Part shown: piece by piece, positions 29,997-40,540 of the stretch | How positions within the stretch are numbered: position 1 is the first letter of the stretch | Layout: each line of letters starts with the position of its first letter | NCBI GenBank assembly: GCA_965226495.1 | Contig: OZ245365.1 | Span: forward strand, 3,936,001-4,000,000 | Direction of reading: 5' to 3' | DNA from: Candidatus Marinacidobacterales bacterium | Lineage (GTDB): Bacteria > Acidobacteriota > Vicinamibacteria > Marinacidobacterales > DATDRI01 | DNA: 64,000 bases | Made by a program: the position numbers and the translations under genes | Notes under the pieces: generated by a model | Told to the model about the DNA's origin: nothing | What the model saw: the letters and a program-made list of their open reading frames with translations, nothing else | The model's database searches: none

Positions 29997-30950
29997 CTAG
30001 TCCCTGAGTCCCTTGCCGGTAAGGTGGAGGAAGACTTCACCGAGGTTCGGCCGGTGGACGACGAGCTCCTTAATAGGGACTCCTTCCTCAGTAGCGAGCT
30101 GGATCAGCTCCGGTAGTAGCCGCTCGACGAGCTCGCCGGCGAGCTGGAATTGGTAGGTGCCCGCCTGCCGCGAGTCCTGCTCCAGGAGTCGAGATCTTAG
30201 CTTAGCCGTTGGCGCCTCCTCGAAGGTGACGACCACCGTTTGCCCGCTTCCCACCCTCGCCGCAAGTTCCTGAGTCGTTCCTTCGGCGACGAAGCGTCCC
30301 TCATCCATGATGGCGACGCGTTGGCAAAGCCTCTCCGCCTCCTCCATATAGTGCGTCGTATAGAGGACCGCCATTCCTTGCGCCGCAAGCCGCTCGATCG
30401 AAGAAAAGATGCGCTCGCGCGACTGCGGATCCAACCCCACCGTCGGCTCGTCGAGCAACAGCAACTCCGGCTCATGAATGAGCCCACAGACGAGGTTCAG
30501 CCGACGTTGCATTCCACCAGAGAAGTCGGACACGTTGTCGCCACGTCGTTGCTCGAGTCCGACGAGCTCGAGCATGTCTTCCACGCGCGACTCGAGACCG
30601 GCGCCCCCGAGGCCAAACATGCGCCCGAAAAAACGAAGATTCTCTTCTGCGGTCAACATGGGGTAGAGACAAACCTGCTGAGGAACCAGCCCCACCTTCT
30701 TTTTGACCGAGGCCATCTCGGCGGCAGTACTCTGGCCGTTCACGCGCACCGTCCCCCCGGTGGCCGAAACGATCGTGGCGATCATTCCGATGGTGGTCGT
30801 CTTCCCAGCGCCGTTCGGCCCTAGTAGCCCGAAGATCTCCCCCCGGCGAATGGAAAAGGAGACTCCGCAAACGGCTTGGCGTTGCCCGTAGCTCTTGGAT
30901 AGTTCCGAGACCTCCAAGACGACCGCAGCTGGATCAGTGTTCACGAGCAT
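29997..30950 (-). CDS. ABC exporter ATP-binding protein (DrrA-like)
   Basis: GPNGAGKT, FSGGMQRR, LDEPTVGLDPQSR, THYMEEAE, VFLHLTGKGLRD. Confidence 0.92.
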   Translation of the reverse strand: MLVNTDPAAVVLEVSELSKSYGQRQAVCGVSFSIRRGEIFGLLGPNGAGKTTTIGMIATIVSATGGTVRVNGQSTAAEMASVKKKVGLVPQQVCLYPMLTAEENLRFFGRMFGLGGAGLESRVEDMLELVGLEQRRGDNVSDFSGGMQRRLNLVCGLIHEPELLLLDEPTVGLDPQSRERIFSSIERLAAQGMAVLYTTHYMEEAERLCQRVAIMDEGRFVAEGTTQELAARVGSGQTVVVTFEEAPTAKLRSRLLEQDSRQAGTYQFQLAGELVERLLPELIQLATEEGVPIKELVVHRPNLGEVFLHLTGKGLRD

Positions 30951-30992
30951 GGGCTGATTGTCATCGGGAATGCTCGACGAGTGCCGTCAACG

Positions 30993-32996
30993 TCAACCGG
31001 CGATGAGCTTCTTCACCTCCTCGACCAACCGCTGAGCAGTAAAACCCAGTTTTTCCCAGTTGACCGAGGCGGGCGCCGAAGCACCGAAGCGATCGAGTCC
31101 AACGATGGCGCCCTTATCTCCCACCCACCGATGCCAGCCGAGTGTGACGCCCGCTTCGACCGCAACACGTGCCGTCACCGATGAAGGGAGAACGGACTCG
31201 CGGTAGTCCCCACTCTGTTCCTCGAAGAGCTCCCAGCAAGGCATCGAGACCAGACGGCAGCGAATGCCCTCTGCGTCCAAAAGCTTCCGGGCTTCCATCG
31301 CCAAAGAAACCTCGGAGCCGGTGGCGATCAAAATCGCTTGAGGAGATCCACCGTCTGCCTCCTCCAGCACATAGGCACCGCGGGCGAGTCCCGAAACATC
31401 AGCACCCAATACCGGAAGCCCCTGCCTCGATAACACCAATGCGACCGGCCCTTCCTTCCGTTCGATCGCCCATCGCCAAGCTGCGGCCGATTCGTTGGCA
31501 TCGGCGGGTCGCACGACGTGAAGGTTGGGCATCGCCCGCAAGGACATCAAATGCTCGACCGCTTGGTGCGTCGGACCATCCTCACCTAGGCCGATGGAAT
31601 CGTGCGTCCACACGAAAGTGACCGGGAGATGGCTAAGGGCGGCCAAGCGTACCGAAGGGCGCATATAATCTGAAAACACAAAGAAGGTAGCCGTATAAGC
31701 CCGCACGCCGCCGTGATAGGCCATACCGTTCGCGATGCCTCCCATCGCGTGCTCTCGTACTCCAAAATGAATATTTCGGCCGGCACCGGTTTGCCCATCG
31801 AAAGAATCCTCACCATCTAGCGCCGTCTTGGTAGAGCCCGACAGATCGGCATCGCCGCCGATCAACTCCGGCAAGCGGGGCGCGATCGCGTTGAGCGCCT
31901 TGCCGGCTGCGGCGCGGGTCGCGACTTTATTACCAGGCTCGAACCGCGGAATGTCTTGATCCCAACCTTGCGGGAGCTCGCCCGCCATCCGCCGCTTCCA
32001 TTCTTTCGAAAGCTCCGGGTTGGCCTCCGAATAAGCTCGGAAGCGCTCGTTCCATTCGTCCTGTGACTTTTGTCCCCGATCGACGGCTTCCCGGAAGTTC
32101 GCGGCGGCTTCGTCGGGAATGTAGAAAAACCGCTCCGGATCCCACCCCAACTCTTTTTTGGTAAGCGCAACCTCTTCGTCTCCCAGCGGGCTCCCGTGTG
32201 CTCCAGAAGTCCCGGCCTTGTGGGGAGAACCGAATCCGATCGTCGTGTGGACAATAATCAAAGAGGGACGCTCGGTATCCGCCTTGGCTTCCGAAATCGC
32301 TGCGTCGATGGCGTCCAGGTCCTGATCGCCATCCTTTACGCGAATCACCTGCCAACCGTACGCCTCGTAACGCTTACCAACGTCCTCAGTGGAGAAAGTC
32401 AGGGAAGCCGGGCCGTCGAGGGTGATGTCGTTCGAATCGTAAAGATAGATCACTTTGCCAAGCTTGAGATGACCGGCTAGGGAGGCGGCCTCCGCGGAGA
32501 TCCCCTCCATGAGATCTCCGTCCGACACCAGCGCGTAGGTGTGATGGTCCACGATCGTCTTGCCCGGGCGGTTGAACCGATGGGCCAGGACACGCTCGGC
32601 GATGGCCATCCCCACCGCGTTCGCGGTCCCCTGCCCGAGTGGTCCGGTGCTCGCCTCCACCCCGGGAGTCATGAACGACTCCGGATGACCCGGCGTATTA
32701 CTCCCCCATTGCCGGAAGTTCTCGAGATCCGCAAGGCTCACGTCATAGCCGGTGAGATGCAGCAAGGAGTAAACCAGCATGGAACCGTGCCCGGCCGAGA
32801 GGATGAATCGGTCCCGGTCCGGCCATTCGGGGTCGCGCGGGTTGTGACGGAGATGGCGCTGCCAAAGCACGTATGCCATCGGGGCCGCGCCCAAGGGCAG
32901 CCCGGGGTGGCCGGAGTTCGCCTTCTGGACTGCGTCGATGGCCAACGTTCGGATGGTGTTGATGCACAGCTCGCCCAGCGAAACCGTTGCTTTCAT
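30993..32996 (-). CDS. tkt: Transketolase
   Basis: [38 protein letters not shown]. Confidence 0.97.
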   Translation of the reverse strand: MKATVSLGELCINTIRTLAIDAVQKANSGHPGLPLGAAPMAYVLWQRHLRHNPRDPEWPDRDRFILSAGHGSMLVYSLLHLTGYDVSLADLENFRQWGSNTPGHPESFMTPGVEASTGPLGQGTANAVGMAIAERVLAHRFNRPGKTIVDHHTYALVSDGDLMEGISAEAASLAGHLKLGKVIYLYDSNDITLDGPASLTFSTEDVGKRYEAYGWQVIRVKDGDQDLDAIDAAISEAKADTERPSLIIVHTTIGFGSPHKAGTSGAHGSPLGDEEVALTKKELGWDPERFFYIPDEAAANFREAVDRGQKSQDEWNERFRAYSEANPELSKEWKRRMAGELPQGWDQDIPRFEPGNKVATRAAAGKALNAIAPRLPELIGGDADLSGSTKTALDGEDSFDGQTGAGRNIHFGVREHAMGGIANGMAYHGGVRAYTATFFVFSDYMRPSVRLAALSHLPVTFVWTHDSIGLGEDGPTHQAVEHLMSLRAMPNLHVVRPADANESAAAWRWAIERKEGPVALVLSRQGLPVLGADVSGLARGAYVLEEADGGSPQAILIATGSEVSLAMEARKLLDAEGIRCRLVSMPCWELFEEQSGDYRESVLPSSVTARVAVEAGVTLGWHRWVGDKGAIVGLDRFGASAPASVNWEKLGFTAQRLVEEVKKLIAG

Positions 32997-33208
32997 TCCA
33001 CTCTCCCTTGATGGACGCCTCCCCGGCGTCCACGCTTCTTAGGAAATGGAGAATACCAAGTGAGCGAGGCTCCGACAAGACCCGTGGCTACGCTCGGAGA
33101 AACCACGATTTGCGCACCGGCTTCCCCTGCACTAAGTTCGAAGGAGGGACGCCTGGCTAGGTCCGCTATTGCACTGCTTATTTCGGCGTCTAGGGCGCTC
33201 CTTCGACC

Positions 33209-33895
33209 ATGGCCTCAAAGAGTAAGCTCTGGTACTTGAATCGTATGGATCTGTTTCGCCATATGAACATAGATGCCATGAAAATGGCGAACCAGATCAG
33301 CGTGATGACCGAGATCAAGAAGCGCACGTCGGTCTATCTCCCGGGAGATCCCGCCGACAAGATCTATCTCATCAAACGCGGTGTCGTGAAGATCGCGACG
33401 CTAACCGAGGAGGGGAAAGAGATCGCGCTCGCGTTCCTGCACCCGGGTGACGTGTTCGGGGAGCTCGCGGTGGTGGACGCCTCGCCGAGAGACCATTACG
33501 CGGAGATATACGAGGATGCCCTCATTTGCATCTTCTCGCGCAACGACTTTCTGAGGTTCATGAAGCAATATCCTGACCTCGCTTTCAAGGTGACCAAGCT
33601 CCTCGGGCTTCGCGTGCGCCGCCTATCCAATCGAGTCGAAAACCTCTTTTTCAAGAGCGCCCACGCGCGCCTGGCCCAGACGTTGCTCGACCTCTCCAAT
33701 GAATACGGTGTGCAGGACGCGGCAGGCGTTCTGCTTACGCTGAAGCTGAGCCAGCAGGAGCTCGGAAGCCTGGTCGGACTCAGCCGCGAATCGGTCAACC
33801 TATGCCTCAGCGATTTCAAACGCCAAGGGTTGGTGGAATCCTCCGGGCGCTCACTACGTCTCCTGGAGCCTGAGAAGTTGGCCGCGCTCCGATAG
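33209..33895 (+). CDS. Crp/Fnr family regulator (1)
   Basis: GDVFGE...PR cNMP cassette; HTH LSQQELGSLVGLSRESV. Confidence 0.92.
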   Translation: MASKSKLWYLNRMDLFRHMNIDAMKMANQISVMTEIKKRTSVYLPGDPADKIYLIKRGVVKIATLTEEGKEIALAFLHPGDVFGELAVVDASPRDHYAEIYEDALICIFSRNDFLRFMKQYPDLAFKVTKLLGLRVRRLSNRVENLFFKSAHARLAQTLLDLSNEYGVQDAAGVLLTLKLSQQELGSLVGLSRESVNLCLSDFKRQGLVESSGRSLRLLEPEKLAALR

Positions 33896-33907
33896 AACCC
33901 TGCTGAA

Positions 33908-33923
33908 AGTTAGGAACTTAACA
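33908..33923. promoter_or_regulatory. Crp/Fnr-like box
   Basis: AGTTA-N6-TAACA, resembling TGTNA-N6-TNACA, upstream of the second Crp gene. Confidence 0.45.
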
Positions 33924-34091
33924 GACCCTTCCCTCCTTTCGCTCTAATGTGCGGGATGAGGGGAGTCTGAGAGTAGCTTCCTTAGAGGAGGGAAGCGTCG
34001 CGTCTCGCCCGCGATTAGCGCCCGGCTCGGCAAGTCGTTCTTAATGGGAGGTTTGTTCTCCAGACTTGTTACGTCGGCGGGAGGTCACGTC

Positions 34092-34805
34092 ATGGCCACG
34101 CAGATCGCGTTCACGAGACAAGACATTGGTGTCCGACCACTGCCCCAGGCGGAGGCGGCCGGTCGCTTCCTGAGCGGCACACGGTTGTTCCGCAGCCTGA
34201 ACGAGAGCCAGGTCCAGAGTCTCGCCGCCCGAGGCAGCTCCTACCGAGCCGAACGGGGCCAGATCCTGTACAGCGAGGGGGAGCTTTTGAACCATCTTTA
34301 CGTGGTCCAGTCGGGCAGCGTGAAGCTCATTCGGAACTCCGAAGACGGGAAGGAGCTCATTGTGAACCTCGTCGGAGTCGGTGAATGTTTCGGCGCCATG
34401 GCTCAACCACTGCTGGCTCCGAGCCTCGCCCAAGCACTCGCGGACTCCGTCGTCCACGTGATTCCGCTTCTGCGCGTGCGCAACGTGGTTGCCGACAATC
34501 CTTCTTTTGCCCTCGACCTGCTGGAAGTTAGCGAAGAGCAATGGGTGGCCGCGCAAACGACCGCCGCTCGCTTGGCTTTCGAAAGCGTCCCGCGCCGCCT
34601 CGCGGCCTTGTTGCTCGGCATCTCCCACCTCCGGTACGGTACACTGAACTTCCCACTCAATCAGACGGAGATCGCGAACCTCATTGGCAGCAGCCGTGAG
34701 ACGGTCTGCTCCATCCTGAATCGCCTACGCCGCGATGGAATGCTGTCCATCGTCAAGGGAAGAATCCAGCTCGTCGATCGATATCGCCTCGCGGGAGTAA
34801 GATAA
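34092..34805 (+). CDS. Crp/Fnr family regulator (2)
   Basis: RBS GGAGGT; SGSVKL...DGKE; HTH NQTEIANLIGSSRETV. Confidence 0.9.
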   Translation: MATQIAFTRQDIGVRPLPQAEAAGRFLSGTRLFRSLNESQVQSLAARGSSYRAERGQILYSEGELLNHLYVVQSGSVKLIRNSEDGKELIVNLVGVGECFGAMAQPLLAPSLAQALADSVVHVIPLLRVRNVVADNPSFALDLLEVSEEQWVAAQTTAARLAFESVPRRLAALLLGISHLRYGTLNFPLNQTEIANLIGSSRETVCSILNRLRRDGMLSIVKGRIQLVDRYRLAGVR

Positions 34806-34868
34806 ACGCGCCGTTTCATCAGCTCACGGATTCCAAACCGACACCTCGTGGCATAGAATCGAGTTTCT

Positions 34869-35795
34869 ATGCCCGGTCAAGCCCTTCACTGGGTCGTCTT
34901 TACCTCCATCGTGCTGGTTATGTTGGCCCTCGATCTCGGAGTGTTCCACCGGCGGGCCCACATCATCCGACTGCGAGAGGCCGTCGTATGGAGTGTCGTC
35001 TGGATAGCACTCTCGCTTCTCTTTAATCTAGGCGTCTACCTCTATATCGGCCCACAGGCCGGATTAGATTTCCTCACCGCCTACCTCGTCGAGAAGTCGC
35101 TCAGCATCGACAACATCTTCGTGTTCCTGCTCATCTTTTCGTACTTTTCGGTGCCCGCCCAATTTCAGCACCGTGTTCTTTTTTGGGGCATCATCGCCGC
35201 CCTGTTCATGCGGGCGTTCTTCATTGCCGCCGGCCTGACTCTCATCCAGAGGTTCGAGTGGATCGTCTTCGTGTTCGGGGCTTTCTTGATCTTTACCGGA
35301 ATCCGGATGGCGGTACGCAAAGAAGGCGAGATCCACCCGGAGCGGAACCCGATCTTGAAGCTGTTTCGAAGACTCTTCGCCGTCTCCAACGAGTACGAAG
35401 GTGCACGTTTCTTTGTCAAGAAAGATAAGCACTGGATCGCGACGCCTCTGTTGATCGTGATGCTGGTGGTCGAGACTTCCGATCTCATCTTTGCGGTCGA
35501 TTCCATTCCCGCGGTTCTCGCGATCACCGTCGATCCATTTATCGTTTACACATCCAACGTTTTCGCCATACTAGGCCTGAGAGCACTTTACTTTGCCCTT
35601 GCGGGCATCATGGAGCTCTTTCATTACCTACATTACGGCCTTTCCGCTATTCTCATTTTCGTAGGAGTCAAGATGCTCCTCTCTCACATCTACGACGTCC
35701 CGACCGCCCTCGCCCTCGGTTTCATTGCCGCGACGATCTTGATTAGCGTGGTCGCTTCGATCCTGGATCCCCGAAAGAAAAGAGCCGAGGAGTGA
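34869..35795 (+). CDS. TerC/Alx family membrane protein
   Basis: EKSLSIDNIFVF, HRVLFWG, DLIFAVDSIPA, TSNVFAILGLR. Confidence 0.93.
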   Translation: MPGQALHWVVFTSIVLVMLALDLGVFHRRAHIIRLREAVVWSVVWIALSLLFNLGVYLYIGPQAGLDFLTAYLVEKSLSIDNIFVFLLIFSYFSVPAQFQHRVLFWGIIAALFMRAFFIAAGLTLIQRFEWIVFVFGAFLIFTGIRMAVRKEGEIHPERNPILKLFRRLFAVSNEYEGARFFVKKDKHWIATPLLIVMLVVETSDLIFAVDSIPAVLAITVDPFIVYTSNVFAILGLRALYFALAGIMELFHYLHYGLSAILIFVGVKMLLSHIYDVPTALALGFIAATILISVVASILDPRKKRAEE

Positions 35796-35805
35796 GACCG
35801 GCATC

Positions 35806-36207
35806 ATGAGCGGCTTGCTTTTCGTCAAGATCGCCGTGGGCGGCGCGATCGGGGCCCTGGCGCGATATGGAATGTCCGGCGCGATCTACGCGGCGATGGG
35901 AGCTCGACTTCCATGGGGTACACTCTTCGTGAATCTTCTGGGTTGCTTCCTGCTCGGCGCTTTGATGGAGATGAGCCGGCTATCTGCCTGGGTCTCTCCG
36001 GATACGCGGCTCGCAATCGGAATCGGATTTCTTGGATCCTTCACGACCTTCTCTACGTTCGGCGTCGAGACGTTTCGTGCCATTGAAGCCGGTAGTTGGT
36101 CGGCGGCAGTGTGGAATGTTCTGCTAAACGTCGTCGGCGGGTTGTTTTTCGTTATCCTCGGGGTCGGCCTCGCTCGCGGGGTGATCCACTTGCGGAGCGG
36201 TTTATGA
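35806..36207 (+). CDS. crcB: Fluoride efflux channel CrcB/FluC
   Basis: GGAIGALARY, PWGTL.VN, GFLGSFTTFSTF. Confidence 0.93.
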   Translation: MSGLLFVKIAVGGAIGALARYGMSGAIYAAMGARLPWGTLFVNLLGCFLLGALMEMSRLSAWVSPDTRLAIGIGFLGSFTTFSTFGVETFRAIEAGSWSAAVWNVLLNVVGGLFFVILGVGLARGVIHLRSGL

Positions 36208-36566
36208 GAGAGCTCGAAGGTGAACAGGTCTTGATGCGCATTTTCATCGGAGAGAGAGACCGATGGAAAGGAAGAAGCCTCGTTGACTGCCTCGTCGAGC
36301 TCTTCAAGAAGGAGGGATTCGCAGGAGCGACGGTCTTGCATGGCACCCAGGGCTTCGGCGCCCACTCGCAGGGAATCCATCGCGATGCCATTCTGCGCCT
36401 ATCGCAGGACTTACCGGTCGTGGTGGAGGCCGTCGACACCGAGGAAAGAATCCAGAAATTGCTCCCCGCCCTCGACGAGATGATGGGAGGAGGCCTCGTC
36501 ACTCTCGAAAAGGTTCGCGTCATCCGCTACCGCCCGCACCGAGCGGAACCGCCCTCGCCTACCTAG
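36204..36566 (+). CDS. DUF190 protein (PII-like)
   Basis: RIFIGE.D, GATV..G..GFG, LRLSQDLPVVVE; ATGA overlap with crcB. Confidence 0.9.
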   Translation: MRELEGEQVLMRIFIGERDRWKGRSLVDCLVELFKKEGFAGATVLHGTQGFGAHSQGIHRDAILRLSQDLPVVVEAVDTEERIQKLLPALDEMMGGGLVTLEKVRVIRYRPHRAEPPSPT

Positions 36567-36727
36567 GTTTCGCGAGCCCTCGCCGTTGTCAGCACCCACC
36601 CTACATTTAGTTGTCTGTCTGGCAAGGCCCGCAATATCTTGACCTTTGGCCGCGGAAATGCTATTTTCGCGTGTTTACGAAATTCAGGAGACAGGCTCCA
36701 GAAACCTGAAGCGAGAGGTGATTCTTT

Positions 36728-37975
36728 ATGTCGAAGCGCTGGTTGATTAGCGGGCTGTTGCTCATTTTATCCACTGATGTCCCGAGCGCGATGGCGCAGG
36801 GCATCTTGTTTCCCAGCGTAGGGGCGGTCAACCGCGCAATGTCCGGCGCCTCCACCGCGGCTCCCCTCGACGCCGCCGGCGCCACTTACTGGAACCCCGC
36901 GACGATCAGCGCGTTTCCCAAGCAAGAGATCCTCGTCGGAGGCGACTTTGTCTACGGGAATACGTTTCTGGCCACGGGTGTCGTAGGCGGTACGGCGGGC
37001 GAGAATCGAAGCGACAGCGGTCTGGCCGCGGCCCCGGTGATCGGAGTCATCAGCCGACCCAAGGACTCCACGTTCACCTTTGGTCTCGGCATCTATTCCA
37101 TTCTGGGCCGGACCATCGATTTCCGCGGGAGCGAGACGAATCCGATCTTGAGCCCTTTCAATCCCCCTCGATCCTTCGGCGTCGGGCCGATTTCGGCAGA
37201 GCTCTCCGGACTTCAGGTCTCGATGTTGATGTCGAAACAGATCTCGGACACCATCTCGGTCGGTGGCGGCGTCAACGTGAACAGCGTTTCACTCGACTTG
37301 GATCCAGCATTCTTCGCGCCTAGGAACCCGAACGGCACCTTTCCCGCGGCGACGAATAGTCGACCTAACTGGGGTGCTGGATTCCAGGTCGGTGTCTTCT
37401 ACGACAGTCGCGACAAGTGGAAATTCGGAGCGGCATTCAAGAGCCAACAACGGTTCGAGACTTTCAAGTACAACTCCAAGGATGAGATCGGACGCGCTCG
37501 CGAGCTCAACCTAGAGTTCGGACTCCCCTCCATCTTTACCTTCGGTGTCGGCTACCAAGCGTCGCGGAGTACATTGATTGCGGCCGACGTTCGTCATTTC
37601 AATTACGCGAATACCCCGCTTTTCGGCCATGCTCCGGAAGTCGGTGGCCTCGGCTGGCGTAGCATCTGGGCCTTCGCGGTCGGAGCCCATCACCGATTCA
37701 ATCAGATGGTCTCCGCACAATTCGGATACGCGTACAGCCAAAGCCCGATCGAGGATGGCGAAACGATCTTCAACATGCAGCTCACGGCCGTCAACACCAA
37801 TTCCATCTCCGGAGGGGTCACGGTGGCCTTGACCACGTCCGTGGACATCGTAGGAAGCGCCGTCTACGCCTTCGAGGAGAAGAGCCAAGGCACCATCCTC
37901 CAGATCCCGGGCACCGCGATCCAGCTAAAACAAAGCCTTGGTACCTTCAGCCTTGGCCTGCGTTTCAAGCTGTAG
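36728..37975 (+). CDS. OmpP1/FadL family outer-membrane transporter
   Basis: Signal peptide; RAMSGASTA...YWNPA hatch motif; C-terminal beta strand. Confidence 0.85.
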   Translation: MSKRWLISGLLLILSTDVPSAMAQGILFPSVGAVNRAMSGASTAAPLDAAGATYWNPATISAFPKQEILVGGDFVYGNTFLATGVVGGTAGENRSDSGLAAAPVIGVISRPKDSTFTFGLGIYSILGRTIDFRGSETNPILSPFNPPRSFGVGPISAELSGLQVSMLMSKQISDTISVGGGVNVNSVSLDLDPAFFAPRNPNGTFPAATNSRPNWGAGFQVGVFYDSRDKWKFGAAFKSQQRFETFKYNSKDEIGRARELNLEFGLPSIFTFGVGYQASRSTLIAADVRHFNYANTPLFGHAPEVGGLGWRSIWAFAVGAHHRFNQMVSAQFGYAYSQSPIEDGETIFNMQLTAVNTNSISGGVTVALTTSVDIVGSAVYAFEEKSQGTILQIPGTAIQLKQSLGTFSLGLRFKL

Positions 37976-38037
37976 GCGGGCACTCCGTCCCCCCTGCCAA
38001 AACACGTGGATGCTGCTATCAAGGTAGCGGGGCGCCA

Positions 38038-39492
38038 CTACTGAAGGTAGCCGAGGGCGCGGAGTCGCTCGATCGCTTGCGAATCGACAGGGAGCGGTGC
38101 CCTCTCGCTACCCAAGGCCTCGATCAACTCCTCCAACGCGGTCCGCAGTTCGTCTTTCTCCCTCGAGGCCCGGTCGATGCGGTTGCGGGTCTCGTAGGGG
38201 TCGCGCGCCAGATCGTAGAACTCGTCATCGCCATCGGTATAAAGAAGGTACTTGGAGTCCAGCGTCTGAAGTGCGTAGTTCTGCCCCTTGGTCATGGACT
38301 CGAGCCGTAACTGGCGGCGCTGCGGATAGAGGCTCCTCTGCGCGAATGCATAGCGCTTCGTGTAACCCCCTATCGCCCCGCGCATCAAGGGCACAAGCGA
38401 TTGGCCCTGGATCGGCACTATCTGCTCATCTAGGGCATCCGCCGTCTCAACGAGATCCAAGAGGGTCGGAGCGAGGTCCACTTGCTCGACGACCTGATCC
38501 GCGACGACCCTACCGGCATAGAGATCGCCGTCGAAATGAAAAATCAGCGGCACGTGAAGCTGAGCGTTGTAGAGCTGTTTTGAGTGTCCAAACCACCCAT
38601 GGTTCTCTAAACCCTCTCCGTGGTCGGCGGTGACCACCCACAGGGCACCGTTGTCGAGCCCGCGCCGAGCCAGTTCGGAGTAGAGCCGTCGAAGCTCGGC
38701 GTCCACGAAGGCAATCTCGCCATCGTACAGGAGGATTTGTCTTCGGAGCGCGCCGTTTCTGGACGTATCTAGCCGGTGCTCGGTCTTCAAGAACTCTATT
38801 TGGGCGAGCCTTTCGGCAACGTTCTTGGGCCGCAGCTTCTGTAGGTACTCGGCCGGCGGGTCACGCGGACCGTGAGGATCGAAGAGGTGCACCCAGAGGA
38901 AAAACCGCTGGTCGGGTGACACCGCGTCCAGCCAGCGGATCGCAGAGTCGATCGTCTCGTTCGCCGGACGGTACAACTTGTCGTCGGGCTTCCTTTTCGT
39001 ATCGTGCTTTGTCGACCCGTCCTGTGCGAGCTCGTCGTAATGCTCGAACCCCTGCCGGAGGCCACCCCAGTCGAAATGAGCGTCGGTGCTCGTGAACGCG
39101 GCGGTCGCAAACCCTTGTCGAGCGAGGAGTTCAGCAAGCGTCACGTAAGACTCATCGAGGCGGAAGCCGTTGCGGTGGACGTTGTGCTGCAACGGGTACA
39201 GAGACGTGAAGAGAGACGCATGGGACGGCTGCGTCGTACTGGATTGAGCGTAGGCCCTGCTAAAGACAACCCCGCGCTCGGCAAGGGAGTCGAGAAACGG
39301 CGATACCGGCCGCCGGTAGCCGTAGCTTCCAAGATGGTCCGCGCGGAGGGTATCGATCACGACGAGAACGATCCGTTCCGGTGGCGGGGGCTCGGGTGCC
39401 ACGGGTTCAGAGGGTGCCGGCGATTGGCACCCCACCGAAAAAAAGACGGCGGCGGCGGCGAGCAGCGGACCAACGATGCCACGGTAAAGAAT
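38038..39492 (-). CDS. Sulfatase-like lipoprotein (probable non-canonical ATT start at 39492; ORF track start 39435)
   Basis: VIDTLRADHL, HLFDPH, ADHGEGL, LRALGY; AAGGAGG 8 nt before in-frame ATT. Confidence 0.85.
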   Translation of the reverse strand: MLYRGIVGPLLAAAAVFFSVGCQSPAPSEPVAPEPPPPERIVLVVIDTLRADHLGSYGYRRPVSPFLDSLAERGVVFSRAYAQSSTTQPSHASLFTSLYPLQHNVHRNGFRLDESYVTLAELLARQGFATAAFTSTDAHFDWGGLRQGFEHYDELAQDGSTKHDTKRKPDDKLYRPANETIDSAIRWLDAVSPDQRFFLWVHLFDPHGPRDPPAEYLQKLRPKNVAERLAQIEFLKTEHRLDTSRNGALRRQILLYDGEIAFVDAELRRLYSELARRGLDNGALWVVTADHGEGLENHGWFGHSKQLYNAQLHVPLIFHFDGDLYAGRVVADQVVEQVDLAPTLLDLVETADALDEQIVPIQGQSLVPLMRGAIGGYTKRYAFAQRSLYPQRRQLRLESMTKGQNYALQTLDSKYLLYTDGDDEFYDLARDPYETRNRIDRASREKDELRTALEELIEALGSERAPLPVDSQAIERLRALGYLQ

Positions 39493-39630
39493 GACGACGA
39501 CCTCCTTCGTGTATTGCCGAGGTATGATGTCAGAGAAATCTCGAACTCGCCAAACACATGCCCCTCAGATCGCTCTTACCTGTCGTTTCAGTCATCTTGA
39601 TATGTACGACTTCGTGGGCGGCGGCCAACC

Positions 39631-40507
39631 CAGCGGGAAGTCGCGGTGACCTTCGACGATCTGCCGGCCGCCCACTTGCCCGCCTCGGATGCTTGTAATC
39701 TGGAAAGCATCGAGAAGATGACCGAACGCCTTCTCGCGAAAGTGACCGAGACTCGGGTCCCCGCGGTAGGGTTGGTGGTCGAAAGCCGGCTCTGCGACGA
39801 GCTCCGAACACGACATCTGGCGCCGCTCCTCGAACGGTGGCTCGACGCCGGACTCGAGCTGGGAAACCACTCCTACTCCCACTTCGACTTGAACCAAACG
39901 CCCTCGAAGCAATACCGCGAGGACATCGTTCGGGGCGAAGCCACTACGTCACGGCTTCTAGCCGGTCGAGGCAAGAAGCTACGGTATTTTCGCTAACCCT
40001 TACCTTCATGCCGGCGACGAGTTGGAGAAGAAGCGAGCCATCGAGACATTTCTAACTGAACGAGGTTACACCAACGCGCCGGTGACCATCGACAACCAAG
40101 AATGGATCTTCGCCGCTCTCTACGCGCAAGCTCGAAACCGGAGAGACGCGGCGACCGCGAAGAGAGTCCTCGACGCGTACATCCCTTACATGGAGACGAT
40201 GTTCGAGTATTACGAGGACCTGTCGACGAGGGTTTAGGGTCGCGAGATCCCGCAGGTGCTCCTGCTTCACGCCAACCCGATCAACGCCGATAGTTTCGAC
40301 GCGCTGGTGGAGATGATGACCGGCCGAGGCTACTCTTACATCTCGCTCGAGCAGGCGCTGTCCGACGAGGCCTACCGCTCGCCGGACACATACGTGGGCT
40401 CACAAGGATTGTCCTGGCTTCTCCGTTGGGCGAAGGCAGCCGATGTCCAAGTCCCTAAGGAGCCACGGGAGACGCCGTGGCTTGCGGAGCTCTTCCGCAC
40501 TTACTGA
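39631..40507 (+). pseudogene. Polysaccharide deacetylase (NodB), disrupted
   Basis: VAVTFDDLP, GNHSYSH, YFR/PYL, LLLHAN; 1-nt insertion ~39994, in-frame TAG 40235-40237, no clear start. Confidence 0.85.
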
Positions 40508-40540
40508 GCTCTGCCTCTTCAATGGCTCGATGGCAAAACT

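Noticed and set aside
33965-34040. yybP-ykoY riboswitch-like words (GAGTAGC...CCGGC...GGCAAG) upstream of crp2-terC
   Set aside because: Lacks GGGGAGUA, CGUCA and AGACC consensus and P1 pairing; an Infernal scan would settle it
34806-35805. Fluoride riboswitch expected near crcB
   Set aside because: No GGCGATG...GCTGATGAC-like motif visible; crcB follows terC by 10 bp
5111-40237. TAG recoding (pyrrolysine or alternative code) suggested by in-frame TAGs in three genes
   Set aside because: The same genes carry other lesions, and many intact genes end in TAG
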